From the NCBI RefSeq assembly GCF_020745735.1, contig NW_026867534.1, positions 168,982-232,981 on the forward strand: a DNA stretch of 64,000 nucleotides. The letters are read 5' to 3'. The notes under the pieces are model-generated. The model saw only the letters and a program-made list of their open reading frames with translations. It was not told the DNA's origin and ran no database searches. Positions within the stretch are counted from its first letter, which is position 1; each line of letters opens with the position of its first letter. The DNA comes from Hemiscyllium ocellatum (taxonomy: Eukaryota). Both the position numbers and the translations under genes were made by a program. Below are positions 11,551-25,269 of the stretch, one piece after another.

Positions 11551-13079
11551 GGTTTTAACTCTGAAAGGTTCCAGGAAGCAGAGGTGGATAAAAAGGAGAG
11601 GAGAGAGGGAGGCTGCAAGGATAGAAATGTGAGATTTCAAGCGAGAGAAGAGTGAAGGAGGGAGCTCCAGGTGGACTTTGGGAGAAAGGTATTTGATGGA
11701 GAAGAGGAGCAACTGGAAATCAGTGGGATGTAAATTTCTTGCAGTTTTGTTTGTAAGGCTGCATTTGTTCCTGAGGTACAATATGGGGCGAGGCAAAGGA
11801 ATGCCTGTGGTTTTTTTTGATAACCACTGTATCCATTATTCAGTTTCAAACGGAGTTTTGAGACCTGAGATGTGGGAACAAATGTGGAACTGCCGGGTTT
11901 ATACCTTCGAGGTATGCAATGGAAATGCATCCATTCTGTAGAAAACATGTCCAGCAAAATAGCTTTCTGTGAGGAGAAGGATGTTGGACCTTTTAAAGAA
12001 AGTATAATGAATCGCTGCCTTCTTTTTTCTGTGTCCTTGTATTAGTTCAATGCTCTGAGATGTTAGAGGAAATATTTTAAGTGTGCGTTTTGATCTTGGG
12101 TTATTGTAATTCAGGATATTGATGTTTTCTTCCAGAGGTCCAGTGTTTCAGTGTCATCAAATGCAATCCGTGAGCTTCCAACAGGAAGTGCACCACTTCA
12201 CCCAAACATGATTGAGGATCCCGGGAAAAACAAACTGTATCACTCCACAAAGAGTGAGGCCTGGCAGGGCAGGTTTTGACCCGGAAGGCGAGAATTCTGA
12301 AACACAACATTCTTGTAGATCCAGAAAGTGTTTCTGCTGATTTGCTTTTTCATTCACAGATTTTGTACTTCATGTGGCTGGCATTATTTTCTTCCTGACT
12401 GACTTTGATTTCACGTTTGAAGCCCTCTGACAGGTTCGATTAAATACCGCACAACAGTAGGAGCATGTCTCCTTAGAAAGGTGCAGATCGTATTCTGTTC
12501 AGAAGTATCCAACGTTTCAACATTTTTCCATCGACCAGCTCCCGAAGCATCATAAATATGCCAATCAACAAGGGGTCTCCTCTTCACACATGCTCATCAT
12601 CTGAATGAGCACTCGGAGTAACTCAGGTTTCAGATTTTCAATCTCTTGCCCGAGTCCTGCATTCTACTATCAGGACGCCGCTGTATTCTCGACCTATGCT
12701 GTCAGTAATGAGGTCAGTCAACTGGAATCAGACAATATAAGCTCTCTGACTGCGGCTAATAATCTGATTCAATCAGGAAGACCTGGCTCTCATAAATAGC
12801 TGAATGTCAGGGATATTGAGATACTCAATGCCAGACTCAGTAAGAGGCTACTGTCAAAGGCTAAGCATTTGTGATTAACTGGGTAATTGGTGAGGTGCTC
12901 CCAGTTTCTGAAGTTATTTCATGACCAAACCTTGTTAATGGCAAAGCAACCCAGGACCTCTGAGTCTTCACTTTCTGCACTTGCTCGTTCTCGCCTCTAA
13001 CTCCCATCAAAATGCACCGCCCCCCCCCCCCCCCCCACCCTCCAAAATGCTCTGAAGCGGTTCAGTGTCCTTCTTGAGA

Positions 13080-13230
13080 CTGGAGGAACACAACAAGCCA
13101 GGCCGCTTCAGGAGGTGAGGTCAACCTTTTTTGCCTAACTCTTCTGTCCTGAAGAAGGGTTACACCCGACCCCTCCACCTCCCAATGCTGCCTGGCGTGT
13201 TGTGTCCTTTCAGCCTCCTGCCTGTCTATT
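13080..13230. mobile_element. PLE-derived inverted remnant, hammerhead truncated
   Basis: CCTGAAGAAGGGTTACACCCGA without GAAA, flanked by inverted GCTGCCTGG/CCAGGC-type arms. Confidence 0.55.
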
Positions 13231-14137
13231 TTCGATTAAAGAATCTGCAGGGTTTTTTTTTTGTTTCTAATGATAGTTGATGCTGACGTTATTGTGGTAA
13301 TATTTCACCCTGGACTTGGCCAAGTCGGTCTGATCATTCAGAACCAGTCAGTCAGCTTTTTTTCGGATTCTTACTGCCACAATCTCATGTTAGCATGGCA
13401 TCGACTTTGGATTCATAAATATTGGAAAGGGAAAAGAGCAGGCGCTTGTGAGTCCGTTTCCATTTGAGTGCGGCATATATTCACCAGGAAGATAGCTGGA
13501 CAGCAAGGTTTTAATGATGACGGAGACAAATCCCACAAATCCAGGGCTGTAATCCCCAGATTGGAAAGAATCTGAGAGGAAGGGAAGTTGCCGAGAGAAC
13601 AACGAACTCTTTTGGGACTTGATGGACAGAAAGGCCTCTTGCTGCAGTGTGACGTTTGATTAACATCATCATTTATAAATCTAACAATGCTCTGAAATGC
13701 TTTCAGGACTGAAGTTATGAAACAAAGCCTCAAGGTTCTCAGCATTTTATTTCACAGATTATTTCTTGCTCACTAACTTATGAACATTCCCTTTCATTTT
13801 TTAACACTTCTATGTCCTTCTTGGATTTTACTGTCCAACCTCACATTGTGTCATCAGCAAACGTAACAATTGTATTGATCATCTCAGTCATTGATAGAGA
13901 TTATAAGTAGCTGTGTCTTGAGTAATGGTCCTTGTGGTGCCCAATGATGCCCACATGATAATCTGAAACTTACTTATTTAATCCTACCGTTTCCTTTTTG
14001 TCCATTATCAGTACTCACACCAAGTCCAATTTGTCCATCATGGTCTGGGGCAAGTACCTCCCTTGCCATACCCCTGTATCACTCTTCAAACTGTTCGATC
14101 TCATTATCAATCATTTTTGTTAGGTTTCTTCACTATT

Positions 14138-14315
14138 CATGTCCAGTACACTGAAAATAACAGAGAATGAATCACTCCCATCTGCTGCCCTGTAGCTGTT
14201 ACATGTCTCACAATCAGCATCTCTCTGCATGTCCAGTACACTCCAGGCAATAGAGAATGAATCATTCCTATCTGCTGCTGTATGGTTTCAGGTGTGTCTC
14301 AGAGTCAGCTCTGAA
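14138..14315. repeat. 90-bp tandem duplication
   Basis: CATGTCCAGTACACT...AGAGAATGAATCA..CC.ATCTGCTGC recurs at 14138 and 14228. Confidence 0.75.
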
Positions 14316-14539
14316 ACAATTCTGGGATGGTTTCATCCTGGTCGGACAATCTGTATTAATGAGCGCTCACTCAATTCTTGAGGATATCTTTTGCTGAGTT
14401 ATTTACTTTGTTTAGAGGTTTGTCTTAATATGAGAAGTTATACAACATAAAACATTACAGCGCGGTACAATCCCTTCGGCACTCAATATTGCACCACCCC
14501 GTGATCGCAATCTGAAGGCTATCTAACCTCTATTCTTTT

Positions 14540-14882
14540 GGGTAGCACGGTGCTCAGCGGTGAAAATTGCTGCTTCACAGCACCAGGGACTCAGGTTCGA
14601 TTCCAGCCTCGGGCGACTGCCTGTGTGGAGTTTGCAATTCTTCCCTGTGTCTGCATGGGCGTCCCCTGGTTGCTCTGGTTTCCTTCCACAATCCAGGAAT
14701 GCGCACGTTCGGTAAATTGGCCGTGCTAAATTGACCGTAGTATTCAGGTATATGTAGGCTAGGTGCATTAATCAGGGGTAAATAGAGGGTAGGCGAATGG
14801 GTTACTATTCGGTGGGTCGGTGTGGACTCATTGGGCTGAAGGGCCTGCATCCACACTGTGGGGATTCTAATAAATTCTAATT
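14540..14882 (+). mobile_element. HE1-type SINE
   Basis: GGGTAGCACGGTGCTCAGCGG head, GGTTCGATTCC B box, CR1-related tail. Confidence 0.85.
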
Positions 14883-14884
14883 CC

Positions 14885-15470
14885 ATTCTCATACATATGC
14901 CTGTCCAATGACAATTTCAATGCTCTTAAAGTTGGTGAGTTCATGCCCCTACTACTCTCTAGGGGAAGTAACTACCAATGACATCTGTCCGAGATCCGTC
15001 ACCCCTCAATTTAAAGCTATGTGCCCTTGTGCTAGCCATAACCATCCGAAGAAAAAGACTCTCATCCAATCTAATCTGTTATTTTTCTTATATGTCTCAA
15101 TTTAATCACCTCTCAACCTTCTTTACTTTTACATAAACAGACTCAAGTCCTTCAACCTTTCCTCATAAGATCTTTCCTCTGTACCAGGGAACATCTGAGT
15201 AAATCTCCTGTGTACCCTTTCCAAATCTTCTACATTCGTCTTATAAAGCGACAACCAGAACTGTACGCAATTCTCCAAATGCAGCTGCACCAGAGTTTTG
15301 TAGAGCTGCAACATGACCTATTGGTTCTGAAACGCAATCCCTCTACCAATAAAAGCCATCACAACGTATGCCTATTTAAAAACCCTATCAACCTGATTGG
15401 CTAATTTCAAAGATCCAAGTGCATTGACACCGAGATCTCTCTGCTTATCGACACTACTCTGTATTCCTGT
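14885..15470 (-). mobile_element. CR1 LINE 3' fragment
   Basis: ORF 15129..15314: LQLYKTLVQLHLENCVQFW...ERVHRRFTQM. Confidence 0.8.
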
Positions 15471-15569
15471 TATTCCTCACTTCACAGTTTTTCAAACTAA
15501 TTGGTTGCAATGTTGGATTTGTTTAGCGCTTACAATGTGTCAACTCAAGTAACCAACTCTTATCAGTTC

Positions 15570-18552
15570 ATGGCAGAGTCTCTGTTAAACTGGGAAACAA
15601 CATTCCAGTGCTGTGGAGAACAGTTCTCAGAAGGAAACTTAAAAATCCCAAGTTAATTTGCATGGATCAGTACTTGGGGCTCCGATGTTATGGCCATAAC
15701 GGAGACATGGGTTTCACAGGGGCAGGAATGGTTGCTTGATGGTCCATTGTTTAGAACATTTAAAAGAATAGGGAAGGTGGAAAAAGTGGAGGGCGTGCAG
15801 CATTGCTAATCAAAGAGTGCATCACAGAGACAGAAACGAAGGTTGTTCAGGAAGGTTTGTCGACTGAGTCAGTATAGGTGGAAGTTAGGAGCAGCAAGGG
15901 AGCAGCTATCTCATTCGGGGTTTTCTACAGACCACCTAGTATCAGTAGAGAGATTGACAAACTCATAGGCGGGTAGATTCTCGAAAAATTCAGATGTAGC
16001 AAGATTGTTGAAATGGGTGATTTCAACTTTCCCAACATTGACTGGAAACTCGTAAGTGCAGATGCTTAGACGGATCCGTTTTTGACAGGTGCGTTCAGAA
16101 CGGCTTCCTTACTCAGTATGTAGACAAGCCGGTGAGGGGAGAGGCCATTTTAGATTTCGTGTTCAGCAACCTGCCAGGACAGGTGTCAGATCTCACGGTG
16201 GGAGAACACTTTGGTGACTGTGATCACAACTCCCTCACATTTACCATAGCCTTGGAGAGGGAAAGGAGCAGTTACTGAGGGAAGATATTTAATTGGGGAA
16301 AAGGAAATTATGACGCTATTAGACAGGATTGGGAAATACCGACTGGGAGCAATTGTTCCACAGAAGGGGCACAGCAGACATGTGGAGACTTTTTAAAGGA
16401 GCAGTTGTTGCGAATGATGCACAAATTTGTTCCTCTGAGACAGGTAAGAAGGGGTAAGATTAATGAGCCTTGGATTACGAGAACAGAGGAGCTTCTCCCC
16501 CGGAGGAAGGAGGCAACTTGTGGAAGATGGAGGAAGCAAGGATCTAGCATAGCTTTAGAGGGTTATAGTCTTGCGAGAAAGGAGATCCAAAATGGACTGA
16601 GGAGAGCCAGGAGGGGGCACGAGAAAGGCTTGGCAAGAAGGAGATGGGAGAACGTAACGGCATTTTCCTCATAGGTGAGGAATAAGAGAATTATCACGGA
16701 GAAGCTAGGACCGATCAGGGATAGCGGATGGAACTTGTGCATGGAGTCTGAGCAGACAGGGGAAGCCCTTCATGAGGTTTTTGCTTCGGTTTTCAACAAG
16801 GAAAGAGACCCTTGTTGTGAATGAAAACTCTGAGGAGCTGGGATACAGAGTGACCAGATCTAGACTGGTGAAGGAGATGTGCTGGAAATTTTGGAAAACA
16901 TTAAGATTGATAAGTCCCGAGAGCCAGACCAGATTTATCCTCAGCTGCTTCGGGAAGCGAAACAGGAGGTTGCTAAGCCGCTGGCCAGGATATTTGCGTC
17001 CTCACTCTCCACAGGAGTAGCACCATGGGATTAGAAGGAGGTGAATGTTGTTTCTTTTTTCAAGAAGGGTAGTAGGGAAATCCCTGGCGATTACAGACCA
17101 GACAGTCTTATGTATGTGGACAGCAAAGTATTGGGAAGAATCCTGAGGGATAGGATTTATGACTATTTGACAAAGGATAGTGTCATTAAAGGCAGTCAGC
17201 ATGGCTTTGTGAGGGGCAGCTCATGTCACAAAAATCTGATTGAGTTCTTTGAGGAGATGATAAGATAGGTCGACGAAGATCGAGCAGAGGATGTGGTGTA
17301 CATAGAATTCAGCAAGGAGGTTGATAAAGTTCCCCATGGTAGGCTCATTCAGAGAATCAGGAAGTATGGGATACAGGGAGATTTGGCTTTCTGGATTCAG
17401 AATTGGATTGGCTGACACAAGGCAGAGAGTGTTTGAATATGGAATGTATTCTGGCTGGAGATCAGTGTTGAGTGGGGTCCCACAGGACTCTGTTCATGGT
17501 TCTCTGCTCTTTGTAGTCATTGTAAAAGACTTGGATGAAGGGGTTGAAGAATGGGTTACGAAATTTGCAGATGACACAAATGTTGGAGGTGCCATCGATG
17601 GTATCCTGGGCTATTGCAGGTTGCAGTGCCACATAGGTAGGATCCAGAGCTGGGCTGGGAAATGGAAGATGGAGTTCAATATGGATAAATGGGAAGTGGG
17701 GCATATTTGAAGGTCGAACTCGAATGCTGAACATAGGATTAAAGACAGGATTCTTGGCAGTGTTCAGCAACACAAGGATATGGGTGCAGAAGTACGTAGA
17801 TCCCTCAAATTTGCCACCCAAGTGGATAGGGGAATTGAGAAAGCATATGGTGCTTTGGCTTTCATTAACAGGGGGATCGACATTAAGAGCAACGAGGTTT
17901 TGCTACAGTTTCGGGCAAAAGCCCTTCATCTGTCGAATTTCCTGTTCCTTGGATGCTGCCTGACCTGCTGCGCTTTAACCAGCAACACATTTTCAGCTCT
18001 GATCTCCAGCATCTGCAGACCTCACTTTTTACCCAAGTGGATAGGGTTGTTAAGAAAGCATATGGTGTTTAGGCTTTCATTTACAGGGGAATCGAGTTTG
18101 AGAGCTGCGAGGTTTTGCTACAGCTCTACAAGTCCCTGGTGAGACCACACCTGGAATATTGTGTCAGGTTCTGGTCGCCCTGCTATAAGAAATAGATAGA
18201 GGCTTTGGAGAGGGTGCAAAGAAGGTTTACCAGGATGCTGCCTGAACTGGAGGGCTTGCCTTATGAAGAAAGGTTGAATAAGCTCAGACTTTTCTCTCTG
18301 GAGAGATGGAGGGAGAGAGGAGACCTGATTGAGGTATACAAAATAATGAGAGGAATATGGAATGTTTTGCCAGCAGTGGTGGTGGAAGCAGAGTCATTAG
18401 GGACATTTAAGTGACTGCTGGACATGCAAATGTTTAGCAGTGAGTTGAGAGGTGTGTGGGTTGTTATTATATTTTACATTAGGATTAGACCTCGGCACAC
18501 TGTCGTGGGCCAAAGGGCCTGTTCTGTGCTGTATTTTTCTATGTTCTATGTT
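15570..18552 (+). mobile_element. CR1 LINE ORF2 (endonuclease plus RT), frameshifted, with 3' TTCTATG tail
   Basis: DVMAITETW; NVVSFFKKG..GDYRP; QHGFVRG; KFADDT; ERVQRRFTRMLP. Confidence 0.92.
17909..18030. mobile_element. PLE-derived insert inside a CR1, flanked by a 93-bp duplication
   Basis: TTTCGGGCAAAAGCCCTTCATC (minus-strand hammerhead part) plus ...GATGCTGCCTGACCTGCTG...CAGCAACACATTTTCAGC. Confidence 0.8.
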
Positions 18553-20889
18553 AAAGCATCTCATAAATGTGAGTATTAATATCCACTTTGGCAGATTTAA
18601 TTGATTCTCATTGGAATGTATCTGCCAAACCTTTAGCAAAACCGAATCAGCAAACAGCTTCAGACTGTGCCCACGTCCAACACAAAACATTGCTGCTCCT
18701 CATTCACTTTTCAAATGCACTGCTCCATTCCAAATAGCAGACCACCCGTTCCCATTCATAGACATTTGTTTCTGATGGATGGAAGTGGTTGTTTCTGTAC
18801 TTCTGCCATTTTTATTGAACTCATCTCAAGTTACACTTTAGAATTTGACGGTCAGGCCAAGACTGTTTGTTTTAAGCTTTATCAATTTTGACCAGGTTGC
18901 CAGCTCTTCATGTTCTTGAATATTGGAATGGGACTGGGTTCTATCAGCCCTCTAGGGACAGGCTGCAAGGTCATTAGGTGGATAATAAGGTGGAAGATGA
19001 GAAGGGAAGGAAGGGGTTTCGGTGGCTCTCATATTTCCACCTCCGTAATATTTTATTGATCCCAAATTCGGGAAAGGATGACCACTCAGGTGGTCAATGT
19101 AGAGTGTGTTCCTGCCAATGCTGGCAGTTTATTAGCAGTAAGGTCCTCCATTGTGTGGGAGACCTCCCCTGCATCCTAGTGACACACCTGGAGGATGTCC
19201 CTCCTAATGTAGTAGCTTATGGCTCACAACAGGGTATCCCATCTGCACACTGGAACAGTCCCCTGTCCATGGTAGCGATCATTACGGGAACTGGAAATCA
19301 GAGTAAGTGAGTGAAAGAAGCCGTGAGGGCTAGAGTGTTCACAACATTCCCAGGACCAGGTTGGCAGCTCCTACTGAGGCCATTAATAAGTCATTGAGAT
19401 CCCCCAATTGGTGCATGGACGATGGGTTACTCCTACTCCCAGTAAGAGTACTGTGATTACAGCTTTTTCAGTGCTATCAAGCAAATAGTGAAGTGGGGCC
19501 ATGTGATAAAATCATTTACATTCAGTGCTGGATACTTGAGACATTTTTGTGAGAAACTTTATAATTCTTCTAAATGTTCTTCATGCACTTTTTTGTTCCA
19601 TACAATGGTGATTTTCTACATAGGATTACAGAGGGAAAACAGACCATTTGGCACAATCAGTTCATGCCAGTGTGTATGTTCTACTCAAGGTGTTTCACAT
19701 CTTTCCTCATCTAAATCGCCCGTTGTAATTCTCTATTCCCATCCCTTCCAAGTGCTCGCCTAGTTTCCTTGAAATACATCTAAACTATTGATTTCAACTA
19801 TTCCGTCTGGTCATATATTCCCATTCTCATAATTTCTTCTGAATTCCCTTTTGGACTTCTTGAGGTACCGTCTTATATTGACAGCCTCGAGTTATATTCT
19901 ATCCCATAGTGAAATGTTTTCTCTGTACCTTCACTTTTCAAAACCTTTCATAATTTTAGAACTGTCAGCCTTCTTTTCAAGAGAGAAGTGAACAGCACAA
20001 TTCTTCGTTGATATGCACAGCCAGAAACTCGTGTAGCATTCTCATAAATCATCTCTTCACTCTCTCTCATACATTCTATAATATGTCAACTCGAACTGCA
20101 GGCAATACTCTTAATTATAGTCAACCAAATTTTTATAGTGACCCTACTTTCAAATCTATCCCTTTAGAGATACAACTTAGAGCTTTGTTTGCATTTTTAT
20201 GGCCTTTGGAACCTGTGGTGAAATTGTTAGTGACTGATGTAATTGTCTGAAATCCCTTTGACTCCCTCACTTAGACGTGCATCTTTGAATAAGTGACCTG
20301 CACATTATTCCTACCAAGATGTAACACCTTATGTTTATCTGTGTGGATCTTCATTTGCTAATTATTTGAATATACCGTAAATTAATTAATGATCTCTTGC
20401 AACTTCTTGGAATCCTCAGAATTGGCTACATTTCAACATTCCTTTCCAATTTGGTGTCATTGAATTGCTAACTTTTTTGTCGTAATTAGATGCAATATTT
20501 AATTTGCAGTTTTACTTTATTTTGTTTTGAAGTTTTAGAGAGGTGCAGTAATCCACACGTTAACTATAACAACTAAATGTAGAATGACAGATAGATGAAA
20601 ATTATTACAAACACAGGACTAATTAATAGACTCTATTAATTCACGGTCAAAACAGCGAATTATTTTTTACATGAATGACATGGTGAGATGATCCGTAGTG
20701 CAATAACTTTTTGTCCATTTTTTTGTTGCAGTTTATTTCCCCAGGTCTTTCTGTGCTACTGATTTAAAATTGAAAAGGCACCCATCCTCCATTTTAAACT
20801 AAATGACAATAAAAAAAACAGCATTTATGTTAAATGCAACATGATTTATGAAGCCAATCCTCTAGGCTTATACATATTCACAGCCATGT

Positions 20890-22260
20890 AGAGCTATATA
20901 GGGAGAAGCTGAATAGGCTGGGGCAGATTCCTCTGGAGAGTTGGAGGCTGAGGGGTGACTTTATAAAGGTTTATAAAATCATCAGAGGCATGGATACGGT
21001 GAATAGACAAGGTCTTTTCCCTGAGGTGGGTGGAGTCTCATCTAAACCGTGAGTATAGGTTTAGAGTGAGAGGGGAAAAAGTTGAAAGTACCGAAGGAGT
21101 AACTTTTTCATCCAGAGGATGGTGTGTATGGAATGAACAGGAAGTGTATGGAATGAACTGCCAGAAGAAGCGGTGGAGGCTGGTGCAATTTCAACATTTA
21201 AAAGGCATCTGAGTGTGTATAAGAATAGGAAGGGTTTAGAGGGATATGGGCCAAGTACTGGCAAATGGGACTAGATTAGTTTAGGATATCTGGTCATCAT
21301 GGGCAAGTGAGACTGAAAGATCTGTTTCCAAGTTGTACATCTCTATGACTCTATGATCTACCCCTTTGCGCTTAATGTACTAGTCGAATCTCTTTGGATT
21401 ATCTTTAACATTATCTCCCAAGGCTATCTCATTTTCCTTTCTTGCCCTCCTCATTTCCCTCTTTAGAATGTCCCTGCACCTCTTGTACTCTTCGAGATTC
21501 ACTTGATCTCATTTATCTATATCTAATATATGATTCATTCTTACTCTGAACCAGAGCCTCAATATCTTTATTCCTCCAGTGTTCCCTCTTCTTACCAGCC
21601 TTACCTTCACACTAACAGGAACATCACACCTCCAAACTCTCGTTATCTCACTTCTGAAAGCTTCACTCTTGCCGGCCGTCCCTTGAGCTGCAAACAGTCT
21701 ACTCCAATCAACTCTTGAAAGATTTTGTCTCATACTATCAAAATTTGCCCTAGTTCAATTAAGAACTTTAACTTATATATAATGCCAATCCTTTCCATAG
21801 ATGTTTTAAACTAATCGAATTATGACCCCGGCCCCAAAAAGCTCCCCTACTAACCATTCAGTCACTTGCCCTGCCTTATATCACAAGAGTAGGTCAGGAT
21901 TGCTCCTTCTGTGAGAGTTACATCTGTATATTAATGAAGAAAATTGACTTTAGCACTTACCAAATTCCTCACCATCCAAGCTCTTAAGACCATGGCTGTC
22001 CCACTTTATGTTTGGAAGGTTAAAATTTGTGATTATTACAATCCTATTATTCTTACGTATAAATAAGATCTCTCCACATATTTGTTACTCAATTTCACTC
22101 TGACTACTGGGGGGACTATTACAATTGCATCAAAGTAAACATGCCCTTCTTATTTCTGAGTTCCATCCACATAGCTTCACTGGACCATCCCTCAGAAATA
22201 CCTTGTGGTAGAACAGCAGTAATGTTTCACCACAAGAAAAATTGACTCCAATCTCCTTCC
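20890..22260. mobile_element. Adjacent CR1 fragments (+ 20890-21360; - 21361-22260)
   Basis: 3' UTR with CTATGACTCTATG on +; reverse endonuclease/linker sequence. Confidence 0.7.
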
Positions 22261-22802
22261 AGCTCTTCCTACTTCTGCCGTACCTTTGATGGTGGAAGGG
22301 GCTTTGAACATAAATGATTCAATTTACTGGTGATAGTTAGTAGCTGAAAATAAAGATACTATGGGGACCTTGGGTGATGGGAAATAAAAGGTTACATTGT
22401 GTGGAAGGAAAATTCTGGATAGAATCAAGAATTTTAAAAAACGAACTCCACTCTGTCTGCCCAGGTCTTCCCTACACCGCTGTACCTCCAGAGTACTTTC
22501 AACTTATTTTGATGAGTTCAAGTTAATCTCACCCGCTGTTTTGTACTTGTCAACCATTTGTTAACGGGTGTTTGCTGTTTCAGAATGTAGGTTGCCTTAT
22601 TGTGTATGTTCTCAGAGTTCAGTGTTTGGGTCCTTGTTGTTCCAACCTGTGTTTTGGTCTCTAATGCAAAATTACAGAAAAATATTAATAGCAATTTAAG
22701 GTAAAATGTTAGGATATTGGAAGAACAGCATAGAGCATCAAGTTTGACAGAGGGGTTGTGGGAAAGGACGTGGAAAGCAGCAGAGTTTCCAGAACTTCTG
22801 AT

Positions 22803-23458
22803 CTCTGCCTTCCCTGATCGAAATCAACCTGTGATTGATCATTTTTGAGGATTGTTATTCATTAATATCGGTGTGTCAGATAGATCTCCGTCTCAGGGAG
22901 GGGTGACGTGCTCCTTTGTTTTGTGATGAACTCAGGGGAACATACAATACTAAGGGAGTAAACCCAAAGGGGGTGAAGGAGCAGAGGATCCTCCGTGTGT
23001 ATGTGCACAAATCAGGGAATGGACCATGACACGTGGACAGAAGAGCAAATAAACCCTACTTCATCAATAACACTGTAGAGAACAAACACAAAGCAATTAT
23101 GTTACACTGAAATCAAACAGTCTCTTGTCTCACCTGGAATATTGCAGGTGCCACATTTTTGACAAAATGCGAAGTTATGAGATTGGGTGCGTGACTGATT
23201 CACAACACTATTCCCGGGATGATACACCTCACCAACTCTGAGAAATTGAGAATATTCTCCTCTGCTGATAGTTCCCAGACTCTGTGAACAGTTGCTATGA
23301 TTTGTTCTCAATTCCATCTTGCGTCATATAGATCCCAATGGCTGAATATTTCAGGGACTCATGAGCTCTGCCTTGTCTGATCAACATCGAACTCTGATTT
23401 ATTATTTTTGAGGGTTGCTGTTCAGTAATATCCCTGTATCAGATAGATCCCAGTCTCA
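22803..23458. repeat. ~93-bp direct duplication (22803-22895 vs 23366-23458) 3' of the IgM gene
   Basis: Colinear CTCTGCCTT..CTGATC ... ATTTTTGAGG ... TAATATC ... TCAGATAGATC..GTCTCA. Confidence 0.75.
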
Positions 23459-24063
23459 TTTCCTGGGATTTGACAGGTGTGGTGTGTCAAATAGATCCCA
23501 GGAATTGTGCTCCATGAGATTTATGTGTGAGAAAATCTCCACTTCTGAGAATCCGCCCTTGGAGTGTGCACGTGTTGCTGTCTGACTACCTGACTGAACG
23601 TTGACATTTTTGGCTGATGAATGTTTCGTTGGGCGTTTTAGGTGGTGAGTTATGCATTACTAACCAGGCTGTCCGGACATTGGGAGTACATGTAGTTTAG
23701 ACGGTGTAGAGTAAACTTTCAAACTCCTTTGCCTGCCTTTTATAGGCTTCTGGTGGAGCAAAGCTCCTAATTTGTATCATTACGTGACCCGAGGCCGTGA
23801 CCCTTGGTGCATAAGAGGAAATGTTCTCTAATCATTCTGCCTCTGGAGTGTTCCATCAGGCATATCGTGTGAAAGATGTATTTACATTAGTGGGCGGCAT
23901 GGCAGCGCAACATTAAACTAAATGACTGGATGAAACACAACCAAACAGAACAAGTGAAAGTATTTGGCTGGGAAAGGAGTAGGATGTGGGAAAATGTATG
24001 ATTACTGACTGGCCTTGAAGAAAGAATGAAGCAAACTCAAGGTTAGTGCATATTCATTCGAGA

Positions 24064-24069
24064 TTTATT
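24064..24069 (-). terminator. Membrane-form poly(A) signal AATAAA
   Basis: First minus-strand AATAAA found after the TM2 stop (~430 nt downstream), followed by a T-rich element. Confidence 0.65.
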
Positions 24070-24498
24070 AACCATTTCAGAAAGCATTTTTATCCAAAAA
24101 GTTGATGTAAAAGCTAACAGAAGTGAATATAATGGCTGGTTGCCACATTGAGACGAGAACACATGCGCTGTGAGGTGGGAATTTTCTGTACATCAGTTAC
24201 AGTCACAAGAAAGGGAATACAAAGGCTGATCAGAAAGGGTAGGCAACCATTCTGAGTAAGGAACAAATAAAAACATAACAAATGGGCTTCAAACAACAGG
24301 GAAGCTACAAATTCTTCCAACCACAACCATCTCAAAGATATCAAAGTAAAAACAAAAATCCATCAATAATTGTCTCAGTTACACACTGATAAACTGCAGT
24401 GATCTCACTGTTAGAGTCAGCAACAGGACAGATTGTAGATTGGGAATTCAGAGACCTTGATAAGCAGATCAGGAAAATCAAAGGAGTCCACAATTCAT

Positions 24499-24507
24499 TC
24501 ACTTAAC
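24499..24507 (-). CDS. IGHM: IgM TM2 exon (VK*), giving the KVK cytoplasmic tail
   Basis: Polypyrimidine tract and CAG acceptor, then GTT AAG TGA. Confidence 0.93.
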   Translation of the reverse strand, partial: VK

Positions 24508-24646
24508 CTGGAAAAGAGAGATAAAGCAATGACGCAGATATTTATGATCAGGGACTTTCAGATTTAATGTTTATTCAATGGCACACTTAGAGATTTCACA
24601 AAACAGATTGGGCTGCTTGGCGTGAGAAAGATGTGATTATTCTCAC

Positions 24647-24774
24647 CTTCACCAGAGTGACGGCAGCGCTATAGAAAATACTCAGGAAGAACAAGGTGAT
24701 GAACGTGGAAGCAGTTGTCCAGATGTTGCTGTTATCATCCTCATAGTCTTCAATCCAAGTGCGATCTATTGAAT
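24647..24774 (-). CDS. IGHM: IgM TM1 exon (DSIDRTWIEDYEDDNSNIWTTASTFITLFFLSIFYSAAVTLVK)
   Basis: CART transmembrane motif (TF..LF.LS..YS..VT), TAG acceptor in phase 1, GTGAGA donor in phase 0. Confidence 0.96.
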
Positions 24775-25269
24775 CTATGAATATAAAGCCGAGAGAATGC
24801 ATTTAGATCGTTTATTGATCCAGATCGATCTATGTGCATCCAAGTCATGTAATTAGAGACCATTACATCTTCATAAAGCAATCAGGTATTTCTCAAGTGT
24901 GACTCTTATCTGTATCCATCAGTGCATTATTGACTCTCAGCAAGAAATTACAAATACTAACTGCACATGTTCTTTCGTCATTGTCCATGTCAGAACGTTT
25001 TAAATTATTTTTCTTTTAATCTATTATTTAAGGATATTATTATTTGAGGAATGCTTATTACGAATTATTATTTTAATTATATCATTATATTTTAAATATA
25101 GGCTGTGACAGCACTTTAGTTGAAAATTGTGGCCATCACTGAATAAAAGTTCAAATGTAATTCTCACCTTTATGTATTGGTGACCAATTGCTTGGCAAAT
25201 CGTGAATATAAGTGACATCACAGTCAGGACATTGCTTCACATTTTTGTTTGTAGGATCTGTATATTTAG

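Noticed and set aside
11550-13000. Several 65-120 aa ORFs on both strands
   Set aside because: No splice structure or convincing motif; part may be decayed L1/Tx1 sequence, but this is unsupported.
13020-13036. C17 homopolymer (G-quadruplex potential on the minus strand)
   Set aside because: Isolated run next to a repeat remnant; length unreliable and no functional context.
14138-14315. 90-bp tandem duplication as a functional element
   Set aside because: Two diverged copies in intergenic DNA between TEs with no motif or positional link to the Ig gene.
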